A DNA stretch of 63,965 nucleotides, counting the filler, from Octopus bimaculoides (Eukaryota): the NCBI RefSeq assembly GCF_001194135.2. It is 7 parts of 7 records of this genome, joined end to end, with 100 filler letters (N's around TTAATTAATTAA, not from the genome) between each part and the next. Parts side by side here need not be neighbours in the genome. Positions count along the whole stretch, not along the records: positions 1 to 19,344 come from NC_068993.1; 6 more parts are not named here. The stretch is one strand, 5' to 3'. The notes below the pieces were generated by a model. That model did not search any database and was not told the origin of the DNA. It saw only the letters and a program-made list of their open reading frames with translations. Every line of letters starts with the position of its first letter. The stretch's first letter is position 1. Below are positions 1 to 12,240 of this stretch, piece after piece. Made by a program: the position numbers and the translations under genes.

Positions 1-8
1 TATATATA

Positions 9-41
<33 letters not shown>

Positions 42-914
42 ATACAGCTAAGCAAAAAACGTGTATACGTGAAAGAATGAGAGGAGTAATGCTGAAGAAG
101 TGAGAGATTGATAGAGAGGTGCATCCATACTTACATATAGAATTATAGCATAACGTAGGAAAGGAGGAAAATATTCGTGATTGAAATTATACAGATGAAT
201 ATGGAAATATATATTTATGAGAATATGTAGATATAGTTAGTTGCATATGCATAGATATAAAACACAACTAATACACTTGTCTGAATTTATATTTGTTTAT
301 GCACGTATATACTGCATATGTTTATGTAATTATGCATGTAGATATACATTATATTTTGTGATAAACTGATGCGGAAAAACTAATAATGTTTTATCGCAAA
401 TGTCAATGTTTCTGCGTTCGAAACCGATTCAATTTTAATGTTTGTTTTATATTTTCTCATTTGTTTCATTTATGAACAATACATTAAAATTCACTACAGC
501 ATGGCAACGGGAAGCCATATAGAGGCATAGTGATACGTACAGACAAATATACACGCATTCATTCATACACACACACATGCATATATACATACATTCATTC
601 ATACTTACGTACACGTGTGTATGTACGAATGTGTATGTGCATAGATGACTATAAGTTTTAGGATGGCTTTTATATATATATATATTTAAAATTATAAGCG
701 AAAACAGAATATTCAAACATATTCATCTTCCAAGTAAAATAAATGTTAAATTTATATATACATATACATAAACATACACTTACATATATATGTAGACATA
801 TGCGCATAATGGATAAGGTATGTATATAAATGTACACACACCTATATTCATATGGACATAATTGATAATGTTTATATGTGTATATATGTGCGTGTGTCTG
901 TATATATATATATT

Positions 915-947
<33 letters not shown>

Positions 948-1110
948 ACATGTATATATGTATATGTACGCACGCCAAAGTGCGCACACAAATATATGTC
1001 TGTGTGTAAAAATAGATATATATGGATATATATATGCAATATAGATGTCCGTTCATATGCTCATAAGCGCACACAGGTCTTCACATATGCATACATGTAC
1101 TTATAAAATG
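1..1110. repeat. (TA)n/(TATG)n/(CA)n low-complexity microsatellite region
   Basis: Direct inspection; the overlapping ORF-track entries (YIYI/HTHT peptides) are repeat translations. Confidence 0.9.
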
Positions 1111-2419
1111 TATTTATCATTATTTACAATAGAATTGAACAAGCAGAATTTGAAGGGGGGAAAATGAAAGGAAGACTTAAAAAAGACCATTATAATTCTA
1201 TAAGTCTGTAAATATATTTAACAATACCATCGACATATTTATATTTGAAGTTAAATGGCACCTTGTTGTGAATTCAATACTCCAAATGGATGCAATGCCC
1301 TTTGTAGAAGGTTTCATCTTACCCTGAAAGAACATATTAAGTTTGTATATATTTATCATTGTTGTTTAGTTGTGGTTTCTTCTTCTTTCAATATTTGTTT
1401 TGGAAACATTTCTTTTTCATTTTTAAATTCAGAATACATTAACTAATGGAAACACTTTTTTCTTTTTTTTCTTTTTGTAACTATTGTAGAAAGTTGCTGG
1501 TGAGAAATTGAATTTCTTTGAGAGCCTTAAAAAGAAAAAAAAAAGAAAAAGAAAAAAAGAAAACGCACTTAGGTTGTAATCTTCATAGTTTATTGATCCT
1601 GAATACTTTGATTTCTGAATAAAATAGGAAATATAGTGAAGAATTACAGAAAATTGAATTTATAAAGCTCTTTGATTACAAAATATTTGGTAAGATGATA
1701 GTAAGCGGAGGAGAGTTTAAGAGTTTGGAAGGAAAGAGAGAGGGTGACAGAGAGAGAGACAGAAGGAGAGAGAGAGAGAGAGATGTTTGCAACGTTGTCA
1801 TGAAGTCGGTTTAAAGAGTCCAAGTATAAAAAGAAAATGAAGAAATATAGATAGATAATTTGAGAGAGAAACAACAAAAGAGGAGACATTGTATAAAAGA
1901 AAGAAAGAAAGATTATCAGTGAAAACAATGAAGAAAGTAAAGGTGTTGACAATAATAAAGTTGGATATGAGAGGGAGAAAAGACAGAGAGAGAGAGAGAG
2001 AGTTAGAGAAAGAGGCAGTGAGGAGAGAAGTGACAGAGGAAGACTCGATAACAAGAGAAAAAGTATTAAATATAAATTAATAAATGAATATAGAAATGCA
2101 CAGAGAACGTTGAGAGAGTTCATGGCAAAGGAATGATTTATGCAAATGGGATGGGGAAAAAAACATTTATGAGAGTAATGAGAGAGATGGAGAGATTGAT
2201 AAATATATAAACAATAGTGTAGTACAAATGATACATAGATGGGAACAGTTTGAAAATGATAAATATAGCGAAGGATTGATCTAAACGGATTGATAATATG
2301 ATGACTATGACAACTATATGAATATATATATACACGTACGTATTTGTGTATGAGTACGTGCGTGCGCGCGTGCGCGCGTGTGTGTGTGTGTTTGTGTGTG
2401 CGTCTGTGTCGTTGTGACT

Positions 2420-2620
2420 GTGTTTGAATCCACCACCGCTTGACAACTGTTGTGCTGTTTACGTCCCCCGAGCCGAGCATAACTGCTTGGCAAGAGAGAC
2501 CAAATACCGGGCTTAGATATAAGTAGTAGGAGAAATTTTTCCGATTGAAACTCTACGATGCTTTGCCCCAGCATGACCGCAGACCAATGAGTGAAACAGC
2601 TAACAGATAAGAGAAAAGAG
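2420..2620 (+). mobile_element. Degraded 3' module of the composite SINE
   Basis: ccaccaccgcttgacaac...ccagcatgaccgcag...tgaaac matches the better-preserved modules at 43140-43310 and 54895-55090. Confidence 0.6.
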
Positions 2621-2678
2621 GAAAGAAAATGGAAGACGTTAAATCCCAAAATGAAATGAATTCTAGAGTTTTCGCGAA

Positions 2679-3115
2679 GAAATTATATCAGCAATCATCG
2701 ATGATATTGTCATGCTAGCCAATGAAAGGACAGTGCTAAATTTCAATTTAGAAGATTAGATGTGGTTGATATAGATTGTATCTATTGAAAAATTGTACGA
2801 CTTAGCAGAATATCAGATTCAAAAGGAGTCCGAACACTTTTCTGTAGATCTAGTAACAGTAGGAAGAATTGTATGGATGAATTCTTTTGTAACAACGTTA
2901 TCAAAATGAAGGGTATTCTCAGTTAATTTACTAAGGATGATCAGAAAAAAAAGAATGGTCAGAAAAAAAAAAGAATGATCAGAAAAAAAGAAGGCGTTCC
3001 GGACATGCTATTCACCTCTCATGATATGCTTCATGAGAAAGAACTGGACAAAAAGGAAGATGATAATTTATGCATACTTCGAAATGCAATCAACGTATGA
3101 GGAAAATGTGTTATC
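2679..3115 (+). mobile_element. Highly degraded non-LTR (RTE-like) reverse transcriptase remnant
   Basis: 2679 reads EIISAIIDDIVMLANE (resembles FADDIVLLA); later KNWTKRKMIIYAYFEM resembles RTE C-terminal ETWTL...FEM. Many stops and frameshifts. Confidence 0.4.
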
Positions 3116-3579
3116 TTTGCTCCATCCATCGATCTTCTTCTGCCATTATCCGTGGGGGAAGAGACTAGGGGGAGGAGAGTTCTGAAGCACTGTCTCCACA
3201 AGGTCCTGTTAGAAGCAGCCATAATTACACTTTCTGGTTGGGTTCCCGACCGTTGAAAGCTGAGGCGAGATATTACTCAACCCCTAGTCTTTCTGCTAGT
3301 TGTTTTGTCTTTAAGAACCTGTCTTACGATTTTTTCCTGCGATATTCGAATCTCATGTCCGTATTACCAGAAATGTAATTACCACTTAATACGGCGAAGC
3401 AGCATCTCGACTTGGCAGACTTCCTTATCGCCGAGCTACTCATCTTGTCGAGTAATGTTATTCCAGAGATAATTCGGTGGATCCCCGTTTTCGATTCTAG
3501 AGGCTGGGAAACTACTAAACTTACTATCTTCAATTCGGTTCTCGTGCCTGTCAATTCCCAAAGTTATGAATTTTAGGAA

Positions 3580-4473
3580 TACGTGGTCTCATCAATATGT
3601 ATCCGGACTGTTGCTATAGTAACGAAACTAAAGCATGAAGAACAAAGGCGCCTAGCAAAGATTGACCTTAAACTCTGCTATGCATGTGCACTAAGTTTTA
3701 ACGCTATAACACACTTCCGCTGTTTACAGTAATACTTGGAAGGAAGAGGTGCAGCGTGAGATCGTTGCATTGGCCATGACAGAGAAAGTTTTCATGGCGA
3801 TACTTACTCAGAGGCTTACGCGAAGTTGCAGAAAGTGTATGGAGAGGAATGTATGGGCCGCACACGAGTATGTGTAAGAGTGGTTTAGACGTTTCCAAGA
3901 TAGCCTAAAAGATGTGGATAGTGACGTATGTTCTGGGAGATCCACAACCAGCAGAACTGAGAAAATTATTACAGAGGTGCGTACAGCTGTGTTGGGGGGA
4001 TCGTCGAATCACCATCCGTCAGTTATCAGAGGATGTGCAGATTAGTTACAATTCCGTTCATTATCACTGAAAACTTGAACATGAAACGCGTTTCTTCCAC
4101 GTTTGAGCCAAAACTGCTTTCACCTCACCAAACACACACTCGGGTTTCAGTTGCACAAGATCTCCTTGATTCTGTCAATAAAAAGGAAATATTTTTGAGG
4201 TCTTGCGCAGGCCTCTGAGTATCGCCATGCTTTTGGCAAAATTTGATGTAGATTCTCTGCTCAACTTTATCCGTTATGGTGAATGCGACGATCACACGCT
4301 ACACAAGTTCCTTCCAAGCACAACTGTAGAGAAGGTATGTGAGCTAGAGCGTTAAAATTTAGTTCGACTGTACAGCAGAGATCAAGGTCAATCTGTGCCT
4401 ATCGATGTCTCCCTGCGTGCTTTAGCTTCGCTACTATGGCAACACTTCTGATACCTATTGATGAGACCACGTA
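3580..4473 (+). mobile_element. Mariner-family DNA transposon derivative with long inverted arms (fold-back), TA at both ends
   Basis: Left end TACGTGGTCTCATCAATATG; right end reverse-complements to TACGTGGTCTCATCAATAGG; arms colinear for ~210-240 nt; internal transposase fragment. Confidence 0.85.
3808..4205 (+). pseudogene. Mariner transposase N-terminal HTH region, frameshifted
   Basis: SEAYAKLQKVYGEECMGRTRVC/EWFRRFQDSLKDVDSDVCSGRSTTSRTEK...DRRITIRQLSEDVQIS/IITENLNMKRVSSTFEPKLLSPHQ, a classic mariner HTH plus linker (FVPKLL-like); catalytic domain absent. Confidence 0.85.
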
Positions 4474-5272
4474 TTATTCTCCTGATAGTATTTCAGTAAA
4501 ATTTAGAGAGGAAATTGGTGGATGGAACAATAACTTCATAGACCTACTTTGTAAATACCGAGGAAAAAACATATCCAACACATCTAGTAATGGAATGTAG
4601 TCATTTTTAGACTCAGATGAAACCTAATGTCTGAAGCTTCTACGTCACTATTCTTCTAAGACTTGGAGATGAAGAAATTATGTTTTCAAGAAACCCATTT
4701 TATAAAGGAAGCAATTTCACAGTTCATAGAATTGTACCGAATTTTATTGATATCAGCATTCATGTATGTATCCATGTGTATAATTATAGTTGATTTTGAA
4801 CTATATTTGACCGGCATATATTTAAATTCATCATTCTAAGCATTGAATTCGTAATGTATTCATATATGAATTATATTTTATTTCTAATTTATCACCACTT
4901 ATTTAATTTTCCATTGGCAAGCGTAACTAATCCTATTAAATTAATGATTTCTTCATTTGTCATTAATGGTCCGAGGGTCCACTGATACTAATATATGTTC
5001 TCTGCCAGAAAAACGGCCAATCTGTCAATCTGTATCTAAACATTAATGTCTAACTCTGGCCCAATATATTTCTATACACTCTAACACATTTCCCTTTCAT
5101 TTTCTGCGTGCATTTATATTATTCACACACATACGTACACACGCATCCATATATACACATGTATATTCATATGTATATCCATACACACACAGAGACACTC
5201 AGACACACAGAGACACAGACACACATATATAACATACTTATAGATACACACATATATGTATACAGATATGTG

Positions 5273-5328
<56 letters not shown>

Positions 5329-5359
5329 TATATATATTCTTTTATTTCATTATTTTACT

Positions 5360-5458
5360 TCTTTCCATCATTTGACTGGCGGCCATGCTGGAGCACCGCT
5401 TTAAAGAGTGTTAGTCAAAGATATCGGGCCAGAAATTATTCTTTGTAAGCCTAGTACT
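5360..5458 (-). mobile_element. Composite SINE 3' module, truncated by gap
   Basis: tcatttgactggcggccatgctggagcaccgc...ttctttgtaagcctagtact, same as 11400-11490. Confidence 0.85.
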
Positions 5459-5662
5459 NNNNNNNNNNNNNNNNNNNNNNNNNNNNNNNNNNNNNNNNNN
5501 NNNNNNNNNNNNNNNNNNNNNNNNNNNNNNNNNNNNNNNNNNNNNNNNNNNNNNNNNNNNNNNNNNNNNNNNNNNNNNNNNNNNNNNNNNNNNNNNNNNN
5601 NNNNNNNNNNNNNNNNNNNNNNNNNNNNNNNNNNNNNNNNNNNNNNNNNNNNNNNNNNNNNN

Positions 5663-5698
<36 letters not shown>

Positions 5699-5699
5699 A

Positions 5700-5795
5700 T
5701 ATTCAAATTCCGCCGAGGTCGAATCTGTCGTTCATCATTTCGGGGTCAATGAAATATGTATCAGTTGAATACTAGGGGTCGATGTAATTGCTGGC
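5700..5795 (+). mobile_element. SINE fragment with ggggtcgat..agtaccag-type (Meta-SINE-like) core
   Basis: ttcaaattccgccgaggtcga...cggggtcaatgaaatatgtatcagttgaatactaggggtcgatgtaattg; related copies at 6378-6475(-), 21780-21925(+), 52570-52690(+). Confidence 0.6.
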
Positions 5796-6264
5796 CTTCT
5801 GTCATCATTTTAAACCAATATTTGGGCGAGGAGTAAATCCATTACATCCATCCTAGTACTTGAATGCCGCTACTTTATCACCAGGAATGAATAGAAGAAT
5901 GTAACTTTGGCTTCGACTGGAGTTGATCTTAGAATGTTCAGAGCCAGGAGAAATATTGCTAAGCATTTTGTATGATGTACCAAAGATTCGGCCAACATAG
6001 TGCCTTAATCACGATGAGGGTGATGATGATGATGATGATGACGATGAGGGTGATAACAGTAATTTCAATTTTGGCACAAAGCTAGTAATTTTAGGAGATG
6101 GGCAATTTGATAACATCGATCACGGCTTTCAAGAGGTTCTTATTTTATCTATCTCAAAATGAAGGCACCATCGAACTTGCGATATTTGAACTCAGAATGT
6201 TAAGACAGACAAAATGCCTGTAAATATTTTGACAGGGACGTACTGAAAATGCTCCAAGCTAACC

Positions 6265-6265
<1 letters not shown>

Positions 6266-6358
<93 letters not shown>

Positions 6359-6366
6359 TAATAATA
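6266..6366. repeat. (AAT)n microsatellite
   Basis: Direct inspection. Confidence 0.95.
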
Positions 6367-6377
6367 AGGGCTGACAT

Positions 6378-6530
6378 TTGGGGGAGGCGATAAGTCGATT
6401 AAACCGATTCCAGTGCTCAATTGGTAGATATTTCATCGACCCCGTAAGGCGAAATTTGAACTCAGAGGTGAAGATGGACGAAACACCGCGAAGTATTTGG
6501 CCCGTCGTGTTAATGATTCTCGCCATCTCA
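6378..6530 (-). mobile_element. SINE fragment (Meta-SINE-like core)
   Basis: Reverse complement reads gagttcaaatttcgccttacggggtcgatgaaatatctaccaattgagcactgg...aatcgactt. Confidence 0.6.
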
Positions 6531-7513
6531 CCGTATGTGCGAGTGGGGTCCGTATATGGGGCATTTGTATGTGTGTGTGAGCGTGAATCTTCTTTGTGTC
6601 AGCGCGTGTTATACACCTATATTCACTATCTTATACACACACCTACATTTGTAGCGTATAAAGTCATAAACATACGTATGAATACTATATATTCGTGGCT
6701 GTGTCTGCATATCTATGTGTATGATATAAAATCAGTTTGCTTATGGCTACGTCTCTTACTCTATAAATCTCTTCTTTTCTTTTAGTGTGCAAATGTGTGT
6801 GTTTGAGAGAGATAGTATGATAAAGAGTGTGTGTGTGTGTCTGGCCGTGTGTGTGTATGTGTGTGTGTATGTAGTTTTCTACGTGGCAATTTATATATAT
6901 ATATATATATATACATACGTATACCAAAGTAAATATCTGTGCGTATGCAGATATATGAATTGTTTATGTGAGTTGTTCAATGAAGCAAAGAGTGACAACT
7001 ATCCATACACATGCCGTATATTTTGCAGCTCAATACTCTCAATTAACTGCTCCGTTGTGGTTGAATAAAGCATGGCAGTACAGATGAATGGATTATTCGG
7101 TTGGTGCTTGTCAAGAACAGACACCTTTCACTACGGAACCCAGTATCTGTCAATAAACTCGCGGTCTATATTCATTTTTTTTTCTTTTTAGATCGCTGTA
7201 GCTCATAATTTCGCTGAGACAAAATATCCTTAAATCTTCCTTACCAAAAGTCTAACAAAAGTAGTATCTATCCTTATGGGATTCTGTTTCTGAGCGTGCG
7301 TCTCGTTCACTCTCAGAGTCGTTAACTGTTTTACTGTGTTCTGTCAAATCCGGTATTGACAGATCCGGTTAAAGATGTTAAACTACTGATCTCCGTCATT
7401 GGGTAATAGATAAATATGTTTGTATGTATATACGTGTGTGTATGCGTACGTGCTCCTTCCCAAAGTCATATTGACTCACACAGCCGGTTTCCTGGTTGCT
7501 GTACATATACCCA

Positions 7514-7560
<47 letters not shown>

Positions 7561-10389
7561 ATATATATANNNNNNNNNNNNNNNNNNNNNNNNNNNNNNN
7601 NNNNNNNNNNNNNNNNNNNNNNNNNNNNNNNNNNNNNNNNNNNNNNNNNNNNNNNNNNNNNNNNNNNNNNNNNNNNNNNNNNNNNNNNNNNNNNNNNNNN
7701 NNNNNNNNNNNNNNNNNNNNNNNNNNNNNNNNNNNNNNNNNNNNNNNNNNNNNNNNNNNNNNNNNNNNNNNNNNNNNNNNNNNNNNNNNNNNNNNNNNNN
7801 NNNNNNNNNNNNNNNNNNNNNNNNNNNNNNNNNNNNNNNNNNNNNNNNNNNNNNNNNNNNNNNNNNNNNNNNNNNNNNNNNNNNNNNNNNNNNNNNNNNN
7901 NNNNNNNNNNNNNNNNNNNNNNNNNNNNNNNNNNNNNNNNNNNNNNNNNNNNNNNNNNNNNNNNNNNNNNNNNNNNNNNNNNNNNNNNNNNNNNNNNNNN
8001 NNNNNNNNNNNNNNNNNNNNNNNNNNNNNNNNNNNNNNNNNNNNNNNNNNNNNNNNNNNNNNNNNNNNNNNNNNNNNNNNNNNNNNNNNNNNNNNNNNNN
8101 NNNNNNNNNNNNNNNNNNNNNNNNNNNNNNNNNNNNNNNNNNNNNNNNNNNNNNNNNNNNNNNNNNNNNNNNNNNNNNNNNNNNNNNNNNNNNNNNNNNN
8201 NNNNNNNNNNNNNNNNNNNNNNNNNNNNNNNNNNNNNNNNNNNNNNNNNNNNNNNNNNNNNNNNNNNNNNNNNNNNNNNNNNNNNNNNNNNNNNNNNNNN
8301 NNNNNNNNNNNNNNNNNNNNNNNNNNNNNNNNNNNNNNNNNNNNNNNNNNNNNNNNNNNNNNNNNNNNNNNNNNNNNNNNNNNNNNNNNNNNNNNNNNNN
8401 NNNNNNNNNNNNNNNNNNNNNNNNNNNNNNNNNNNNNNNNNNNNNNNNNNNNNNNNNNNNNNNNNNNNNNNNNNNNNNNNNNNNNNNNNNNNNNNNNNNN
8501 NNNNNNNNNNNNNNNNNNNNNNNNNNNNNNNNNNNNNNNNNNNNNNNNNNNNNNNNNTATATATACATACACATAAGTAAATGCCCATACACACATACAC
8601 ATTATAGATATTCTGGGCACTCTGTCACTAGTGATTAGAGAAATGGCCTTCAGATACTTCCCAATGTGTCTCCTAGATTATTGTCCTGTCTTGACAAGAT
8701 CATGTCTGAAAGAATTGTAGGCTGGTAATATAAGACATCATTTTTGAGATAATGTTAAACGTTTTTGATTAAATTTAACCTGCTGAGTGCCTCGGTTTTT
8801 GCAACATATGAAATATAAAAATATATTTGGTTGTTATCAGATGCTTAATTTGTTCGGATGAGTGCGAAGAGTCAACATCGTTGATTGAACATATATATAT
8901 ATTCGTGTTGTATTCTTGTCGTATATCCTATTCTTGTTGTCTACAATGAGAAACAGGATGTTTTATGCGCCAAAAATTATTCCAAAATATAAGTAATAAA
9001 TAGCACTCCGATAATGCTACCCATAAAACTATATATTTAACGTGAGAGAGTACACAGCTTCTCTCAAGGAAAATATTATACATAGGGACTAGATTCACTT
9101 CCTGTCTGGAAATATCCTATGTGTTAAGGGAACAAATTGAAATGTAATGGCTCGGAGTATTTTCTTATAGCGTTAGCAAAATATGCACTAGTATATAAGT
9201 CTGTATTTGCCTGGGTGAAAAGCAAGCTGTACTATTTCACTTGCCACTCGTACGATCCTTATGATCAAACAGAAAATATTTAAATCAATACCGGTAATTT
9301 TGTTTGTTTCGATTGTCATGGAAATCCTTGCAGTTTAATAGGCCGACAAGTCTACTGCACGCTAAAGCAAATTTCGGTGCAAAATTTTAATGTCTAATTG
9401 GAAGCCCTTTATCTTGCAGTTTATTTTCCCAAGAGAAAATATATTTATCACACATTTGCATCAGGATATGCATACAGGTGTCCCATCCTACGTATACAAG
9501 TAAACATAATTACACACATGCATTCAAACGTGCACGCATGCAAAACACCCAGACACTCACATATATTTTTATCCATAAGGGATCACTTATTAACGCATTA
9601 GGTTTGTTTTAACATTATTTAAATATGTGACTGTATGTATATGCACACATTAACACACATATATATACGTTTTGACAAAAAAAAAAGACATTTTAGTAGT
9701 GTTGTTGTTAATTGTTAATATACATAATTTAATCGTATCCTATTTATGAAGAAACCACACTATATGTACATAATTAAGACTTCGCCAGAGCATGTGAATA
9801 TTTGATTTTGAAATTAGGTTTGGCTTAAGCGTTTCATATTTTCAGTCTCTCACGAGATTGCCAAGGCACATTAAAATGTTCAATGTCAATTGATATTCGT
9901 TGAAAATAGATTGCTTTGTTTTCTAATTATATTATGATGCATATTAATTTCATATCAATTTGATTTTTTGGTTCCCAAAAGACAAATTAAATTCGATTTA
10001 TTTCAAAATAATAAAACTATTCAATCACCATGTGTTCGTCATGTAATTGTTGAATAGTATAATCACTGTATTTCTTTAAATTAAAATTAACTTTTATAAG
10101 TTTTACGAAAATATATTTAGGCGTTGATACTAAATATTTGGGTTAATGAACAACCGACTCAAAGTTCATGTAATATAATATGCTACTATATCAAAAAGAA
10201 TGCTACCAGTCCGCAGAGACACACGTGACCGACAAAGGAAAAATATATCAATTACTTGAAGTTTTTATCACACCTTCGAATTATTTTAACAAACAGATAA
10301 CTTAAGTATGAAGTAATATAGATTTTAGGGAAAGTACGTGGAATCTATTAATTCGTGATATTCTTTGACATTGTTTATTGTATAATAAA

Positions 10390-10470
10390 CAGTAATCCCT
10401 CGACTATCGCGGGTGTTACGTTTTAAAACCTGCGATAGACGAACGAAAATCCGTGAAGTAGAAACAGTAC
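10390..10470 (+). mobile_element. pogo/Tigger-like TIR remnant (left end only)
   Basis: CAGTAATCCCTCGACTATCGCGGG resembles pogo/Tigger TIRs; no matching right TIR found nearby. Confidence 0.35.
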
Positions 10471-10630
10471 TGTGGTGGTTTTGGTGGTAGTGGTGGTGGT
10501 GGTGGTGGTGGTGGTGGTGGTGTTGGTGGTGGTGAAGGAGCTGGCGATGGTGAATGTATACTGAAAAGTAATACTATTTTTAATTGTACTAAGTTATTTT
10601 ATATCACCTATCACTTAACGCATGCGCATC

Positions 10631-11364
10631 CCAAACTTGCCATTCACTTTTGAAAGAAACCCGTTTCACGTTCGCCTGTTATATGCAATGACTATGAATT
10701 AACCACAGAGGCAGACATTTGATAAAATGAGGCTGTTCTTGTCTGAATCTCTATTCGGCCATGGTCACCTATATGTTGCATTCTCAATGGCTTGCAAATT
10801 ATGTGATGTGAGAGTTAAAGTTATCAGCACTGACAAACAAGGGAGAAAGATGGAGAACTTACACGAAGAACATAATCTCCATAGAAGTATTGGATTGAAA
10901 GGTATAGGCGAATTGAAATGTGTATTGACTCTGACCTTGGTTTATACGTTAGCAACGATGTGGCTTTTAGTGTATGCCATGTTGCATTAAATTTTTACCC
11001 CCATGAAATTCTGACCCCTATATTTTAAACATAAAAATATATTTTTTTTTACAATAAATTTTTTTCTTTTCTAGACATGAAATTGTGACTATGTAATTTG
11101 TTTCTCTTTATGGGGAAAACGAAAAACTAAGAGTGCATATTTATTTTATGAGTCTTGTCTATGAAGTCTATAAAATTGTGCATAAAGTATATTAAATATA
11201 TATATAATGTATGAAGAAATCATCGTATTCCAATTTCCTTCACCTTTCACTGATTAGCAGATGAGCGACACACAGGCTACGCTTTCAGGCTTTTTCCATA
11301 AATTTTCCGGAATAATTCAACAGGTTTACTAATAATTCTGTGAAATATCCATGGTTTTCGCTAG
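10631..11364 (+). mobile_element. Helitron 3' fragment: PIF1-like helicase C-terminus plus decayed 3' hairpin and CTAG|T end
   Basis: Frame from 10631: PNLPFTFERNPFHVRLLYAMTMN*PQRQTFDKMRLFLSESLFGHGHLYVAFS (cf. Helitron LPF.FKRRQFPVRLAFAMTINKSQGQTL...VFSHGQLYVALSR); YTKNIISIEVL after a frameshift (cf. TKNIVY.EVL); ctgtg-N7-catgg then ttttcgCTAG at 11361-11364 followed by T. Confidence 0.8.
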
Positions 11365-11374
11365 TTCTCTTTAC

Positions 11375-11614
11375 TCTCTCTTTACTCTTTTACTTGTTTC
11401 AGTCATTTGACTGTGGTCATGCTGGAGCGCCGCCTTTAGTCGAGCAAATACACCCCAGGACTTATTCGTTGTAAGCATAGTACTTATTATATCGGTCTCT
11501 TTTGCCGAACCGCTAGTTACGGACGGGGACGTAAACACACCAGCATCGGTTGTCAAGCGATGTCGGGGGTGGGGGGTGGCAAACATAGGCACACAAACAT
11601 ATTCACACACATAC

Positions 11615-11665
<51 letters not shown>

Positions 11666-11816
11666 ACGGGCTTCTTTCAGTTTCCGTCTACCAAGTCCAC
11701 TCAGAAGGCTTTGGTCAGCCCGAGGCTATAGTACAAGACACTTGCCGAAGGTGCCACGCATTGGGACTGAACCTGGAACCATGTTGCTGGTAAGCAAGCT
11801 ACGTACCACACAGCAA
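11375..11816 (-). mobile_element. Near-complete composite tRNA-derived SINE (tRNA-like head/body, internal (TA)n/(TG)n, 3' module)
   Basis: Head 11816->11663 (gctgtgtggtacgtagcttgcttaccagc...ggttcagtccc...); microsatellite 11590-11662; 3' module 11580->11375 ending in gtaaaagagtaaaga repeats. Confidence 0.9.
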
Positions 11817-12059
11817 CTGGAAAAGATAAGAAATAAGTAGAAAAAAACGAATTACCATGAATACAAATATTAAATAATAGACGAATGGTGTAAAGACAGA
11901 GATAAGAAGGAAACTGATTTACTACAGCAAGACATTTATATTATTTCGGTTTTGCATTAAATCTCCCCAAACCTTCAGTATATGATTATGTTACTCCTAG
12001 ATATATTATTTACATTTTGACTAGCAACGCATTTAGGTTATTTATACTATAAAGTTCCA

Positions 12060-12240
12060 ATAGTTTCAGGCATTGGACTGTGGCGACGCTGGCATACAGC
12101 CTTCAAAGGGTTTTTATCAAATAAATCAAATCCAGTACTTATTTATTTTTAACTTAGTGGATATTCTATTGGTTTCTTTTGCCGAACCACTATTACTGGG
12201 TTGTAAAGAAAACAACATGGTTTGTCAAGTGCTGGCGGAA
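12060..12240 (-). mobile_element. Degraded composite SINE 3' module
   Basis: cattggactgtggcgacgctgg...tttgccgaacc...tgtcaag. Confidence 0.65.

Noticed and set aside
1262-1323. Possible minus-strand exon GKMKPSTKGIASIWSIEFTT
   Set aside because: Good acceptor but weak donor (GTGCCA), no partner exons, no recognisable homology.
447-2480. YIYI/HTHT/SLSL-rich ORFs, including the 278-aa ORF at 1644-2480
   Set aside because: Translations of dinucleotide microsatellites and AG-rich low-complexity DNA.
7416-8638. Long 190-416 aa ORFs in the track (also ~13.4-14.3, 14.9-15.7, 40.5-41.2, 55.3-56.1, 58.0-58.6 and 59.3-60.6 kb)
   Set aside because: They are open only because N runs translate as X.
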